A program made the translations under genes and the position numbers. Under the pieces are notes generated by a model. It did no database searches, had not been told where the DNA came from, and saw nothing but the letters and a program-made list of their open reading frames with translations. A stretch of 58,579 nucleotides of DNA, the filler included, from Bipalium vagum (Eukaryota), in assembly GCA_037834085.1 (NCBI GenBank). It is 3 parts of 3 records of this genome, joined end to end, with 100 filler letters (N's around TTAATTAATTAA, not from the genome) between each part and the next. Parts side by side here need not be neighbours in the genome. Positions count along the whole stretch, not along the records: positions 37,430 to 58,579 come from JBBMKC010241516.1; 2 more parts are not named here. One strand, written 5' to 3'. This document shows positions 37,330 to 52,500 of this stretch, piece by piece (position 1 is the first letter of the stretch; the number at the start of each line of letters is the position of its first letter).

Positions 37330-37429
37330 NNNNNNNNNNNNNNNNNNNNNNNNNNNNNNNNNNNNNNNNNNNNTTAATTAATTAANNNNNNNNNNNNNNN
37401 NNNNNNNNNNNNNNNNNNNNNNNNNNNNN
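37330..37429. other. Assembly gap with artificial six-frame stop linker
   Basis: N44-TTAATTAATTAA-N44, identical to the first gap. Confidence 0.97.

Positions 37430-37500
<71 letters not shown>
37430..37500. repeat. (ATT)n microsatellite at a contig end, at least 23 units
   Basis: Read directly; likely cause of the assembly break. Confidence 0.95.
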
Positions 37501-40297
37501 CATTGTAAACATTAAACTAAAATGTAATTTGATGAAGAAAATAACCTATTTTGTTTTCATTCAGTATCCCTAATTATCAGATATAATAAAGCCTTTTAAA
37601 TATGTAGTGTTTGAATAATAAATTTGAAAATTGATCTGATTGAACTCACAAACGAAATAATATTTTGCTAGTTGGAATTTAGACACCATCAAACTAAACT
37701 TGAACCAGCCTTCTAAAAAATAACATTTGACATACAATAAATATAAATACTAGGATTAAAGAACTGTAAATTCATAATATGTTGAAAGAAAAGTAACATC
37801 GCTTTTTTATATTACAAATCAAAAGTCGATAAGTCACCATTAAAAACTTTAATAATAATTAAAATAATTACCATTGGCGAAGAGTTTATTAATACCATCT
37901 TTAAAAATCCCGAATCACGGAATTCGACCGGTTATTTTATTATTTAAAATCTTTAGTATTATTTATAATCTAAAATAATAAAGTTTTATTTAAATAGAGG
38001 CTTGCTTATCGTAATATTATAAATCAATAATTATAAAAATCTTAACCGAAACCTTAATATATATTTTTACTTTAAAGTTTGTATACTGAAAAGTGACAAT
38101 ACTTTCCTTCTAAACTAATATAAAAGCAATAGAATCAATTAATGACACCCCGTCAGAAACGAATCTAAGTTAACGCACTTTGTTATTATTCTTAATTTAC
38201 CTAGAACTAAACTATTAATTTAAAGGCTCTTTGAAATTTACAGTCTAATTTGATAATTCATTTCAGGTTGCTGAAACATCAATTTTAATAAAATAGTGAC
38301 ATTTAATTTTCCTTTAATTAAAATAAATTATTCCTATCATAATACAACTATGAAAACAAATTACTCATTTTCAATAAAACACATCACTGAATTATTGCAT
38401 TTAATTTAATCAAATATTTACATTTTTGTATGCGCATCATTTAAGTAAAAAAATAATTCAAGAATGATAAGAAATGCTCGTATTAAATTTAGTAATATGA
38501 ATGGAATAAGAAAAACAAAATATTTCATCCAAGCATCGAATAGCATAATTTAGAATTGTAGAACTTCATGAAGATGACAACAGTCAAATAAATTGCCAAA
38601 TGTTTGGGAAAAAATCATTTCACTATTTTACAAGCATGAAATGTGTGGCGTGATGAAAGCTGATACCATCATGGCATTGGTAGTGATCAATATCGAAGCA
38701 TCAAACGTGGTGTGTTTTAATTGAAAATGAGTATAATTACGTTGAATTGACAAACAAACAAGAATCGAAAAATCAAAATATTTAAAATTCTGAAGTCATG
38801 AAAAAATTAAAATACAAATCTATTTTTCTGGGTGCAAAAATTAATTTCAATTAGATGCAAATATATTCACAAACCCCACCGAGGATGGACACAAACAGTC
38901 CTATTTAAATTGGACATTAAATTACGGAGATAGAGCGTCAGACTGTTTACTTAAGAATGAACGAAGAGGGAGAAATGGGAATAATTATTTCTTCGTATGT
39001 ATTGTCTAATCACAATCAGTCACGAATCCGGATTTTTATTTTTCTAATTTGATGAGTTTTTTCAATACATATTTTTAAAAAACTTATACTACTACTTAAT
39101 TCACATTGAAAGAATATCATTTATGACGTTCCATCTCTTTTATATTACTATAAGCAATTTGAGCAATATATACATTGGCATATAACATGATTAAAGCAGT
39201 TGATAAAATTTCCAAAATAATTAATATATTAAAATATTTGAGGTCCGAAAATATCTAAAGAAATTTTATGGTTTTACAGGTTCTTAATTTTACTAAATAT
39301 TTTATTTATTTCTCACTTCCTTTTAGTGGAAAATAAAAGAAATTGAAAATGTTGAAGAAAGTGTTTACTGTGAGTATTTAAACTGATTTCTAATTTTTAA
39401 ATTTTTATATTGTGCCTAATTTAAATTTTAAATAAATTTTAATTTAATTTTAATATTTATTTTAAAATAATTTTTATTGAAATGAATTCTGATAAATAAT
39501 GGCACAATATATTAATTTATTAAGAATGGAAAATTTGTTTAAGGATTTTTGTTTTAAAAAGACAATAAATAGATTGTTCAAACTATGACTGATTTAGTTG
39601 ATATCGCAGCTAACATTTACAAAGATTATAAAAAAAAGAATTTAAAGAGTAACATCAACATCAGGCATTGAGAAGATGAAGGTTGTGAATGACTATTTGA
39701 TGGATATGTTCCAAGCATTACAGTATTTTTTTAAAATGATTATATATTTAATTTCGAGCAGTGCAACACGGTGAAATAAATAATATTCTGCAGTAGAAGA
39801 TATATATTTTTGATTACATATGTAATTTCACTTCGACTCAAATTGTGTAAGAACCTGATTGCATAAGATGACCGGGCAGCAAATGGTCATGTTGCTCGGT
39901 TGCCGGATCCCAGTAACCGAAATGAAGCTGGTTTTCATAAAGAAATCCCTCGAAGAATAGGAAAAACACGGAAAGACCGATCCAGATGCTCTTTGACTAA
40001 TGACTCGAACCTCAAAGGAGGATTGTTGCGTTAATAGATAATTTTTTTTAAAATTAATATTTTTAAAAAAAATGTTCAAAATTTGTACTTTATGGGTGTT
40101 CTTTATATAATTGATTTTACTAGGTAGATAGGCTATCATATTTTCATTGCACTATAAAATTTGTATTACTTATTGAGGCGTACTTCATAGGGAAGTTTTG
40201 CTGCTTCACAAAATGTTATAATTATCAAGCTGTTATATTATTTATAAATTATAAAATATACAATTAATATCTTAACCGTATCATTTATTTTATTTAG

Positions 40298-40560
40298 CTG
40301 CGATAAAGACTATCTTGATATTTATATCGGAATGAAAATTCTAACAGAAAATGTCAATATATCTAATATCCTATTCCAAGAGACTTTACTGGGAAGATTT
40401 TGTGGCCATAACCTGGACTTTATTCCTCATAACATTGTTAGCAAATATAATGCCATTATACTTGATTTCTTCTCAGACAAAAACACTCAGCTGACGTATA
40501 ATCAAGACAACCATATGGGAAAACTGGGTTTTGAAGGAAATTATACTTTCAAAACAAATG
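40298..40560 (+). CDS. CUB-protein exon (C-terminal half of a CUB domain)
   Basis: tatttag| CDKDYLDIYIG...LLGRFCG...ILDFFSD...GFEGNYTFKTN |gtaaca. Confidence 0.9.
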
Positions 40561-43500
40561 GTAACAATGTAGAGATTTGTCTTGCTTGATAAACAAAAAA
40601 ATAAAATTCATTATTTGATATTAATTAAACAAAATAATTTAGAAATGATTGTTAATTATTGGACTACATCACATCATAGCAACTGTTACTATTTAATACA
40701 CGAAAACCATTCTGATGTGGGAAATATTCTCTCACCGACATATCCCGGCCTTTTACCCAGTGCATTGAAGTGCATTTATGAATTTCGTTCAGGCAACCCT
40801 GATGCCAGAATTCGTCTTAATTTCAATGAATTTAATCTTTTTGAATTAGAAAATATGTGGGTTATTTTTTAAGCGCGATGGACAATCTGATTTTTACAGA
40901 CTCATTCTTCATTCATTGTTTCTTGTGTTTTTTCAGGTGCCCAGTGGAATTTATTGAGATTATAGATGAACAAGAATTGGGTTCCGTCATATCGGGGTCT
41001 CAGAACAGAATATGTGGTCAAAAAAACAACTTTACATTTTATTCCACTTATAACACATTATTTCTACGGTTGATGGTTATCGCTGGTCGAAACTACTTAC
41101 TGGAACCTCATAATATTGAGCTATACAAAGCCAGTCTCAAAAATATCGGTTTCAAAATCGGATTTCAATTTTCTGATAAGTTTCAGTCTTTAAAAAGTTT
41201 ACCAAACAGAAATTTCCATATCGCTGGAACAGGTTTTTGTTTTTTTAATGAAAAGATCCAATTATTTATTAAATTAAAATATAAATAAAAAATGTAAATA
41301 TAATTAAAATATAAATAATAAATAAACGAAAGTAATTTTTCGAAGATACTTAAAAATATGCGACCATGAATAATAAACATTCTCACTTAAGAAAACACAG
41401 CTTGTTTTGATTTTATTGTGATGAGCTATAAATCTATTCAAGCTATAAAATAACGATGTTTTGTTGTAACATTTCTTTGTGTGTTGTGAAACTAACAATC
41501 CAAATATTCAAACAATTGATAACATTTACCGAGACGAAACAATTACAGCTTTATGCATAAATATATTAAAAGCAATTCATAAATATATATCATAGGTATA
41601 TGACATAGTTTTGTTTACACATTACATATTTACAACGAATTTAACTTATAAGAATGATATGTGTAATATTCAACTAAAGAAAAACAGACAACCTATTAAT
41701 TTTGATATTATTAATCGGGTAAGAAGAGATTTCAGCAAAAATTTGTCTGTTAAATCTGTTTCGAAAAATTTGGATATTTGTTTTCCAGTTAGTTTGTCTT
41801 TAGTGGATAAAATTACTAAAGAATAGATCGATGAACAAATTATAGATCTAAGAAAGGAAGAAAAAAGATTATGAATTCAGAATTAAAGAATAATCTATCC
41901 AAAATTTTTAATGAAGGATTCGTCATAAAACCAAAAAGAATTAGCCTGATGAATTGGTAATCAGCGGTATAACATGTGACAATTAAAAATCCAGACAAAA
42001 AACGAAATCAAAAATTCTTTTTTCTGTTATAATATTTATATTTCAAAAATACATTTTCAAATACTAAAGACAATCTCCTTTTACATTAAATTATTTTAAC
42101 ATTTATCATTCTACGGCGTCGTAGAGCATTGACTCTAGTGATTGAGTACGCGTTCATGATCAAGTTTCTTCAATGAATATTCAATTCTTCTGCGAAGCTG
42201 ATCAAGATTTTCGGCACACCAGCCTTTATCGTAAACGTGACTTTTTAATTCCGACCAAAAGTCCTCGGTCGGTCGTAGTTCAAGCACGTTCGCTGGATTG
42301 CAATGTTTTGACACAAAACTGATGTTTTTAGATTTCAAGAAATCTTGCGTTTCTTTCGAGTAATGAGAAGAAGCAAGATCTGACCAAAACACAATTTCAA
42401 TGTTTTGTGATGCTGAGTAATAAAATTTTTCAATTTACTCATGCATTTGGGGAAATAGTATTTTGTACTGATTGATTTTCGGAGAAAGCTATCCAAACCA
42501 GTAATTTTGACTCCAATTTTCCAATTCTTTGTAGTTTAATTTTGCTAGGTGTTTCTTCGATATTTGATGTATAAAATCCAGAACTAGCAGCCAGGTCGTT
42601 GTTTGACTAACGAAAATATGACTCATCATCCAAAATCACAATTTTTCCACGAAAAAGGTTAGCCAACTGGGGACATTTTTGATGAACTACTGCCGGTTGA
42701 GCTATTATGCGACTTGGAATCATTTTCCGTTTCATGTATCGAATATCCGTCTTTTCCTTAAAAATCTGGCATACATACTGTTGGGTAACATTGAATTTTG
42801 TAACCAGTTTTCTTTGCGAAACACCGTGAGTATGATCTATTATTTTCTTCAGAATCTGTACCGATTTCGGAAGCATTTTTAGCAATTCGATCATTTCCAG
42901 CCTTTTGTTCTACATTTATGTTATTCTTTTCTTTTCGAAGAATTTGATATAGTTTAAATTTTATACTAATTATCTACAAAATAAAACTCACTTCAAATTT
43001 TTAAATATATTGATTCTTAGTTCAAAATTGATTTGAAAATTGTCATGTTATTTAAGATATGAGAAAGAATTAAAATTGAATTAAAACATTTATTGAGGAA
43101 GTCGTCAATTTGTGTGAATAAGTTGCATCTTTGACAGACTTAAATTCATAATGATTTAATTGAGATGTCAAAGTGAATTATCAGGGTTTTTAAAATTTTT
43201 TTATATTATATATATTAATGGTAGTCTTTTACAAGTATATTCAAGACAGCAAGTGTAAACTCAGATTTGAGAAAAATGAAAAATACTCTATTCAAATCGG
43301 GTTATTTTATGTATATTATCACAAAATCCAAATAAAGTATAATTAACAACCGAAAGCGAGGTATGGTAGTAATATATGGTAGTCATATATATATAAAATC
43401 AGGATTGAAAAAATGAAATCATCAATTACAAAAGAATGCAAGTTAAAAAGGTCATTTAATTTGTTCAGAAATAAAAATTCAATAGGCGAGTAAGAGATCC

Positions 43501-46500
43501 TAAAGCTCAATGGGTCTCAGATCTGGATGCAAAGTGATGAAGGAATATCGATGTCAAACAAATGTTGACGAAATGTGATTACACAATTCTATTTATACTA
43601 TCAATACTTTATATATACGTTAAAATTACATTTCTGACATTTGACTTGTGCAGAAAATATGCTCAAAAATTATTGCAAAGATACGTTTCGCAAATTCATT
43701 CTACGTCTTGCAATTGGTTTATGTGACTTTGAAATTTTATATTTCTTGTGGTACAATTCATTCACAGATCAATTAAAAGGAATATCTTTAAAACGTTTAA
43801 TGACATTCATAAAGAGACATGATTGAAACAGACTGTTCTAATTACGTTTGATAACATTTCACCAATTAAAAGAATATTTGGTAATATATGGATCACGATG
43901 TCCGATATACAGTTGTGGCCATAATTCATCGACCAACCTGTCATTTATTTACTATTCCCATGATGTCTGGTTTTCATCCGAATAAAACCATCAATGCAAC
44001 TGTATGGAAAACGATTCTAGAAGAAAAGTTAAACCTTTTCTTCGAATTAAAAACTGGAATTATTTCCAACATGATGGAGCACCGTGCCATCAGGTACGCA
44101 TCAACAAGGTTTGGTTTATTAAAAATAACATTGATGTTCTGGGTCCATGGCCAGGTAACTCTCCAGATCTATCTCCCATTGAGAACTGCTGGAAAGTTCT
44201 AAATCAAAGTCTCACTGCATAATCATATGTCCAATTTAATTGAAATAAGTATTTTTGTTAGGTTTAACGAAAATATCATGAACCATTGCCCAAAAATGAT
44301 CGATTCTATGCCAAGAAGCACTTGCTGCAAAGGGGAAACACACTAAATATTCGTGATATCATATGTATCCTACAAATAATGCTAAAATTTACTGCTTGTG
44401 CATGTTTTCATAATAAATCATTTGTAAAAAAATGCATTTTTAAAACCATTTTATAAAATTGAAGGTGGCCGATGAATTATTTCAAAAAAACATGATCCGA
44501 AAAATTAATTAATAATTTTAAAGAAAATAAGGTGTTTTAAATAACCAATAAATAATTAACTGTACTTAAACAATTTTAATTTATTTTTGATTAAAACGGT
44601 CAAGGTACAGTTTTTCCTAAAATTTTCGATAGATGGATTACGAATTAGGCATTGGCCAATCAACAATCTTCAAACACTTGCAAAAATAAGCAAGATTTAA
44701 AAATTACGTACAAAAGCTCCTTATGTGTTGGGTCAAAGAGATAAATATCAACATGTTTTCATTATAATTTTGCTTCTCATTGAAACCTGATTTTTCTCTT
44801 TGCTGTAACATAAAGTGATGAAGATTGTGTCTGTATACATAGATTTTCAGCATACGAAAGAAAGGTTGAATTGAGATCAATAAGCAATTCAGAGGAATAC
44901 CTTGATCTTTATATTTTAAAACCAATACCTGGAATTTTATGTAACCGAAAGTATTAGTATTAGTATAAAAATCAAAATTAATTGTAGATAAATTGACTGT
45001 GGTGTTAAGGAATAGACAATCCCAAATACCCATAATTCATGATATGGTGCTCTTCTACGGTGATATTTTGGTTTGTGTCTAGAATTATGTGATAATAAAT
45101 AAATAATATAAGAATAAAAATTAATTAACTAGAGATGGTGTCAGATGATATAATATTATTGATCATAGCATCATTCGTTATGTAATTCTTTAAAATATCT
45201 CAACGAATTTTTTTTAAAAAGCATTAAAAATTATTATTATTATTAAAAATGTTGATCCAATAAATATGTAAATTATTAATTATCAGAATATTTATTCTTT
45301 TTGTTTATCAATAAAGTTACAAAATAATTAAAGAAATAAAAGTACATTAAAATATTTTATTTGATTATTCAGAGAGCGTAATGAAATATTAATTGTGTAC
45401 GATTGTGATACTTAATTATTTTTTATTTCCACATTAAATTAAATTAAAAATATAAAAATAAGACTAAAGTGAAGAAAATGGTATTTCAATTAAACCTTGA
45501 ATGTTCGATATGAGGATAATCAATAATAAATTTTAACAAACCAGGAGAATAAAAATCGTCAAAATTATTGACAATAATATGTTAATTTCATTTGGGAAGA
45601 TTGAAGATGATTCAATCAACCAATTTTCAAAGTCCTAAGTCTCAGTCTCATTCTAAGTTAGTCAAAACTATTTGGAGAAGATTATTTGCATATAAGATGG
45701 AGAATCAAAACGATATTTGATTAATGAATGATGAGAAAAGCGATTTTAATAATTATAAATGTTATTAAGTCATTCAAGTCAAAATTGATTATAAAACTTT
45801 ATTTTTCCAGTGCATCAATGTTGTTGACGTTTATATGGAATATAAATAGAAATGTGAATTAAAACGGTGAACCTTTAGTGGTCAGGCAGTGGTCTCATTC
45901 ATCAAATTCTTTTGAATTCTTGTAAGATCATTACAACCATAATATGTATCCAAGAAATTGATGTTCTCACTAGATGTTAATGAAGGCGAAATCGACGACT
46001 TAATCAATGAGAAGTGTAAGAAAACAACACATGAAATTGCAAGAGAACTCACATGCCACAAACAACCATCGAAACCCATATGAAGCAAATGGGTTACGAG
46101 GAAAAAACTTTTTATGAGTCTCTTTTTACCGCCGTTTCATTGGACAATCATTTGAAATCTGCGATTTGCTTATCAAACACAACAAAATGACCAATTTTGG
46201 AAACAATTGTTGACGGGAGATGAACATGGATTTGATAAAATTAATTTTCATCATAACAGATTATTGTGCAAGTCCGAGAAAACAGAGAAAAGATTTTATG
46301 AAAAATATGCTCTATCGCTACGATATGCAAAGAATGGTCTTGCTGATTCAGGAATGTAGATCACAATATCATGGACAAAGAACATGGTATATCACAAAAG
46401 GTGTTTGAAGATGAAGAATTGGCTCAATTACTACAGAAAACTGAACTGTCTATTATGTTAAATATGAGCCAAGAATGTATTTCCCAACGTCTGAGAAGTA

Positions 46501-49500
46501 CGGGAATGATTAGAAAATTAGGGAAATGGGTCTTACAAGGATTTACGGAAAGAGATATTAAAAGGTAACTTACAACTTATGATAGCCATGTCAATACACA
46601 ACAAAGAAATTTTCTTTTATGGGATCTTGATAGGAGAAGAGACCGGAATTCGATATGACAACCCAAAACGGATATATTAGAAATTTTAATACAGTCACTA
46701 TAATTTTCACTTTTCCATGTAACCGAAAATCTCTTTAATTTAATTATTTGAATTAAAAATTTCTCAAAGGTTTTATCCTCGCTGATATCAATCAATAAGC
46801 GTTCTGATGTTTAATACTAAATTAATATATTAAATAATCAAACGGTAACTTTAATTTGACAAATTAAAAGATATTCTCCAGTTGGTTTTGGCTTTTAATA
46901 GTAATAATTACAAATGTATTTGTCAAAACAAATTTAATGTGATTGATATTAAAATATTTTCCAGAATGTGACTTCTTGATCCAGAGCACAAGTCAGAAGA
47001 AGGGAGTCTTATCTTCCCCTTCCTTCAAGCATGGAAGTTCTTTCACAAAATTATGTAACTATTTCTTTTTCGGCATTCACAATACTCAGAATATGGAGGT
47101 GGTACAACTCAATTTTTCTCATTTCAACTTTCCCGAGTTGGTTTATTTATTTTTCGATTATGCGTAAATTATCTCCATTTCTTGGAGATTTATTTCTCAT
47201 TTGTTTATTAGAAATAAAATAACTACTCTAAATCTTCGATTAATTCCCCATGTGGATTAGTCTCCCGAGGTTCAAAAAATCCCTGGTGGGGGATTATTGG
47301 AGTGGTTAATAAAAATACAGTAATAAAAACCAAAATAATAAATGAAAACCAAAATTTATTCAGATATTATCAACTGTTTATATCAAAGACATCAGATGAC
47401 GAACTAATGGAGATTATATCTATTTGATCTTCAATCGTCTTCAAACTCAGGTCTTCCAAAAATTTTTGTCCAAGCTGTGTTTCTTTGGCAAGTAATAAAT
47501 TTTCACTTTCTCCTAGAAAGCTTAACATAAAACTCTTTTTGATTAAAACTTTACTTAGGGCATTCCATGAAGTGGACTACCAAGTTCCAAGAACATCACT
47601 AGATGGAACTTTTAATTTCCCAGTTTTTGTTCTTTCACAAGTATCACTCTGAAACCATTGTCTAATCGGTGCACGCAGACTAAATTTAAGAGGCTTGAAC
47701 CAAAAAATGTATCTGCTGGTTGCAATAATCTAGTTAGTCCTTTGGAATAACACACTAAAGAACTCCTCTTCTTTGTAAGAAAACCTGAAAATAAATGAAT
47801 TTTATATAATTTTTCAAATTGGCTAAATTTAACCAATATTATGCTATGGGAGATTTTTGACGGTGGGGAATTATTTTTTATTTCCAAACTAATATCGCAA
47901 AAAAGGCTTGGTGCGGAATTAATTGGGACTGGCGAATTAATCGAAGATTTAGAGTAATTTTTTTTAATTTTATTATTTTTCTAAAATTTTTATGTATTTT
48001 AATATCTGGAGAATGTTGGTATTTTAGTTTGATATAATTGTGCTTTGACCTAGAAAAATGTAAATCAATATTATTTGTTTATTAATGAACTCTGGAGATG
48101 TCCAAGTACCTTTATTATTAAACATTCTTAGAAATTATGATGTCCACAAGAAAAGTAAATAAAAGTATTCTGAAACTTTCCGTCTTTTACTTTTTAATAA
48201 ATTGATTATATAATTATTGATTTATTCAGTATGGGAATGAATTTCCATAGATTTTTGAAAATATAAACTGATTCATTTAAAAGTAATGAAACATTTATTT
48301 CAAACAAAGTAATTTAGATATCTTTGACTATCTTCCAGCCAAATAATAATTTCCGCGGTAGAAGGAATCTTGATTCTTTGCAGTAGTTCATTTTTCTATC
48401 AAAATTTTAATATCTTTGTAAGATTTAATCGTATTCTCACCAAAAACAAAAAAAACTTATAAAATGTGGTGGTACAATGTCTGATGAGTACCGTGGATAA
48501 CATAAGACATCCCAACCAAAGGCTTTCAAAGTTCCCTTTACCTGTATTGTAACATGTGTCATGATGTTCTCATGTCTCTGAACATATTGGGGTTTCTTAG
48601 AAATTGTTCGTAGATTTAAATCGGATAATTGTTGTTAATGCCATCCACCAATTACAGTTTTGGATGTTTTTAGCAGGTCATGGTACAAAATTACCATCTG
48701 ACTCCATCAAATACAAGAAATACGTTACTTTTACTGGTCCATCTAAGTACTACTGAATTTCATGGCTCATCAAATATTGTTCATGATTTCTTTCACAACG
48801 GATTCTCATAACACATCCGTTTTTCATTACCGGTTACAATTCCTTGCAAAAATGATTGTCTTGTAAGAAAGATCTCGGAAAAAGTCACTTTCTTTTGTGT
48901 ATCTTTCTGTCAATTCATAGTATCCATAAACCGTGGTTTTGTATCATTCTGATTGCGTACATAAATTTACCTACATTAGATCTGTCAAAAGTTTGTACCA
49001 TTTCTTCAAGCGTTAGGAGAGGATCTTCTTAGACCAGTGGTTATAAGTCTTCATCTACAGACTTCTTTGTTTGATTTGTACATTCTTCTTATTATACACT
49101 TTATTCAGAAGTCTAAAACCGGCGAAATCATTCTCTGTATGCAGCTTCGGATATAGTCACAGAAATACAAAAAATATGCCTTTTCGACTTGATAATGTCC
49201 TGCATTCACTTATTTCTGTGAAATAATATATATTATGCATTTATAAAAGTTAATATTAATATAATAATTTTTTCGTACGTTAAAAATAACAATAATAATA
49301 ATAAAAATAATAATCATATTTTTTATAAACCATTTCTTATAATTGATGATGAGATTTTTTTCATAGATGTCATAGTGGATCTTTATCTGTTTATTCTGTT
49401 TCATTCAAGTTGAGCAATGTCCTGAAACGTTATAGAACGGTTATTATAAATAGTAAGCCCGAAAAAAGTCTTTGTCAAAATATTCACTCAATGAAATCAA

Positions 49501-52500
49501 TAACAAGTCGCAATCCTGTGCTCATTTTAAAATTGAATGTTACAGAATCTAAAAATTTAGAACAATATGGATTTACATTATCTTATATATTCTTAAAAGG
49601 TATTTATATTTTTTCAATCATTTTCACATTATTATCATTGTCTTACTTTTTCTTCGCTGTGTTTTGTTCAAATGAATAAATTTGTTAATTCGGAAAATTC
49701 ACCAAAAATCATTCTTAAAATGTTGATAAATTCAATGTCTTGTTTTAGTGCACTGAAAAGTAAATTATCAAGGTTTAATATTAAAAGTGTTACTATTATA
49801 TCTTATCAAAGTAACTTTCGCTCGAACATCGAAAACTCCTCACTTTATAATATTGTGTCCTTTTACTACTGTAGCTGCACAAATTAAAACTCAATTTGAA
49901 TCAAAACCCCACAATAAAAATTAATCCGCACCCTAATTAGTTCAAAAGGATCAAGATAAAAAAATTATTGAATACTGCAAAACAATCGTTACACTCGTCG
50001 CAAAATCACAATCAAAATCGTCAAATTTCTAAAAATTAATAATCAAAATTGTCCAAATGTCCCAAAATCAAAACCGTTCAATTATCTGAAAATCAAAGAA
50101 AAGTGAACACAAATAATCCAAAATCAGAAATTCAAGAGGATTCGAATAAAATAAAATTAATATAAATCATAGAAATAAAGAAAATAAAAAATTGAAAATC
50201 ACCAGGAGCGACAAGAAGTCCCCAAGTCGTCCTCTAGGTTTTTTTCAGGTCACCTAGGTATTCCTAAATTCGCTGGGTCCTCTTGTAAAATCCGTCTGCA
50301 TAATCATAGCGAATAGAACAAAAAATAATTACTAAGTCTGAAATTTCCCTCTTCCAATATGATCCGTGTTGTAGCTCTTGAAACCTTCTGAAAAACCGTA
50401 GTTAAAATTATATTTCACTCCTTTGTGGAATCTGATAGATAACTGATTGATATTCTTCTTCTGAGGACAATAAACTGGGAATAGTCGTAGAGATTGGTCT
50501 ACGATCACCAATCCACTCGCTTTGAGACGGCTATTTCCTTCAATAGCCCTTAATTCTATCTTTTCTCGTAAATTAAATCCTTATCATCATATATCAAAAT
50601 ATCGACGGGCAAGATTTTAATATATTACTTTTTGATATTTTTTAATAAAAATTTAATTCAAAAAAAAAATAATAACAATATTAATAATATTAATATTAGG
50701 GGTTGTGCATTGGCAAACCCAACAAAAGCTAATATTAATTTATTACTCAAGGGAATATATTTTTTATTCAAAACACTTATGTCGGGAAAAATTATGTAAT
50801 AAAAATAAATTGCATTAAGTTTAAAGACATGATACTCACCAGGGACCAGTCCAAGACCGGTATTGGAAAGTAAATCTCAATCTAGTAATATTGTGTTCAT
50901 ATCTGTGACGACATTTCTTAAATATTTAATTATTATTATCTGATAAAACAGATCGATAGATTAGACCCCACTAAAACGAGAATAAACGTTTGAGTATATT
51001 GAACTAATGAAAAAGGTCATATATTTGGTAATATCTTTATTGGATAAATGAAATTAAATTATAAAAATAATATTCCTTATATTATTATTTATATTTTCTT
51101 ATTAAACTGTCTTCTATTGAGTTTCCACTTTTCGTTACATACCCTTAACAAAAAAAGTCGAAAAATCTTAATCTACTTAGCAACGGAAATCTGAAACCTT
51201 TGACAATTAATCAAATTTATTGTAAAAAATAACTGATGCTTTGTATAGAGCACAAAAAGAGATTTCAAATAAATCTGATTTGTCAATAATAAAAGTATTG
51301 TGGTGAGACAAAATGACATATGTAAGAAATGTATTTAATTAAGTTTTGTGAATGTTTTTGTAATTCACAATTTTTTATTGAATTATTAATTGATTAAAAC
51401 TGTCAAATCTGTTTAAGTTGAACAACAGAAAGGGATCAATAATCCGCTATCGTATAAATAATTATTGAAAAATTACATAACAGAAGATTACGATACAATT
51501 AAGCTCCAAAACATTTAAAATCTTGTTCATTTCAAAAAACGTTCCAATTTTTTATTATTTTATTTATTAAAAAAATGATCACCATTTGGTGGTCTATGGT
51601 TGGTGTAGTACATTATTCTTTCCTTGAACTAATGAACCAAAAATTATGCATTCAACAGCCTTCGTTGGTCAATAGGAAAGGTATACTTCTGCTACATGGT
51701 AATGCCCGTCCAGATGTTTCTAAGAAAAAGCTTCAAAAATTATTTGGATTAAATGTTGAAGTTTTGAAATATCTCCATATTCGCCAGACCTTGCTCCCCG
51801 ACGGATTTTCATCTCTTCGAGCATTTAGATCATATCTGATCTCAAAAAACTTTCGCAGATCATAAAGATTTCAAAAAGGCCATATCGGACTTCATCAATT
51901 CCAGAGTCAAAGATTTTTATGCAAATGAACTCCGGAAACTTGTATCTTGTTGAAAGAAATCCTGCTCAGTCAATGACGACTATTTTATTTAAATAAAAAT
52001 TATTTATTGGTACTTTTTTTCAATTTAAAAAATTATTATGCAATTGGATATTTCACACTGTGCAACCTAATAAAAGCGTCTAACCTGAACAGGTTGGGCT
52101 GTATGGTTGACATATTTTTGAACTTTTAATTTTTCTAATTTCTCTAATTTCAGATTACGGAATTTCGGGTGAAATGGTGAATCCAGGAATATGTCATTTT
52201 CAATATCAAAGTCACAAAACCGGATTTCAGGGTTTCATAAATTCTCCGTTTTATAACAGCTTTTATCCCAGTAATTCATCTTGTCAGTATGACTTCATAG
52301 CGAAGCCAATGGAAATGATTAGGCTAACATTTATGTTTTTCCAAACCTCAGAAGATGTATCGGTGACATCTGCCTCGTACCACGACATCCATTTATCCTG
52401 CAAAGAAGTAAAAGTTGCTGTGCCTCCTAAAACTTATTACTTTAATATTAATTTGTAAATTATTAATTTGTTTTGCTAAGAAGGTTGACGAAACAAATGT

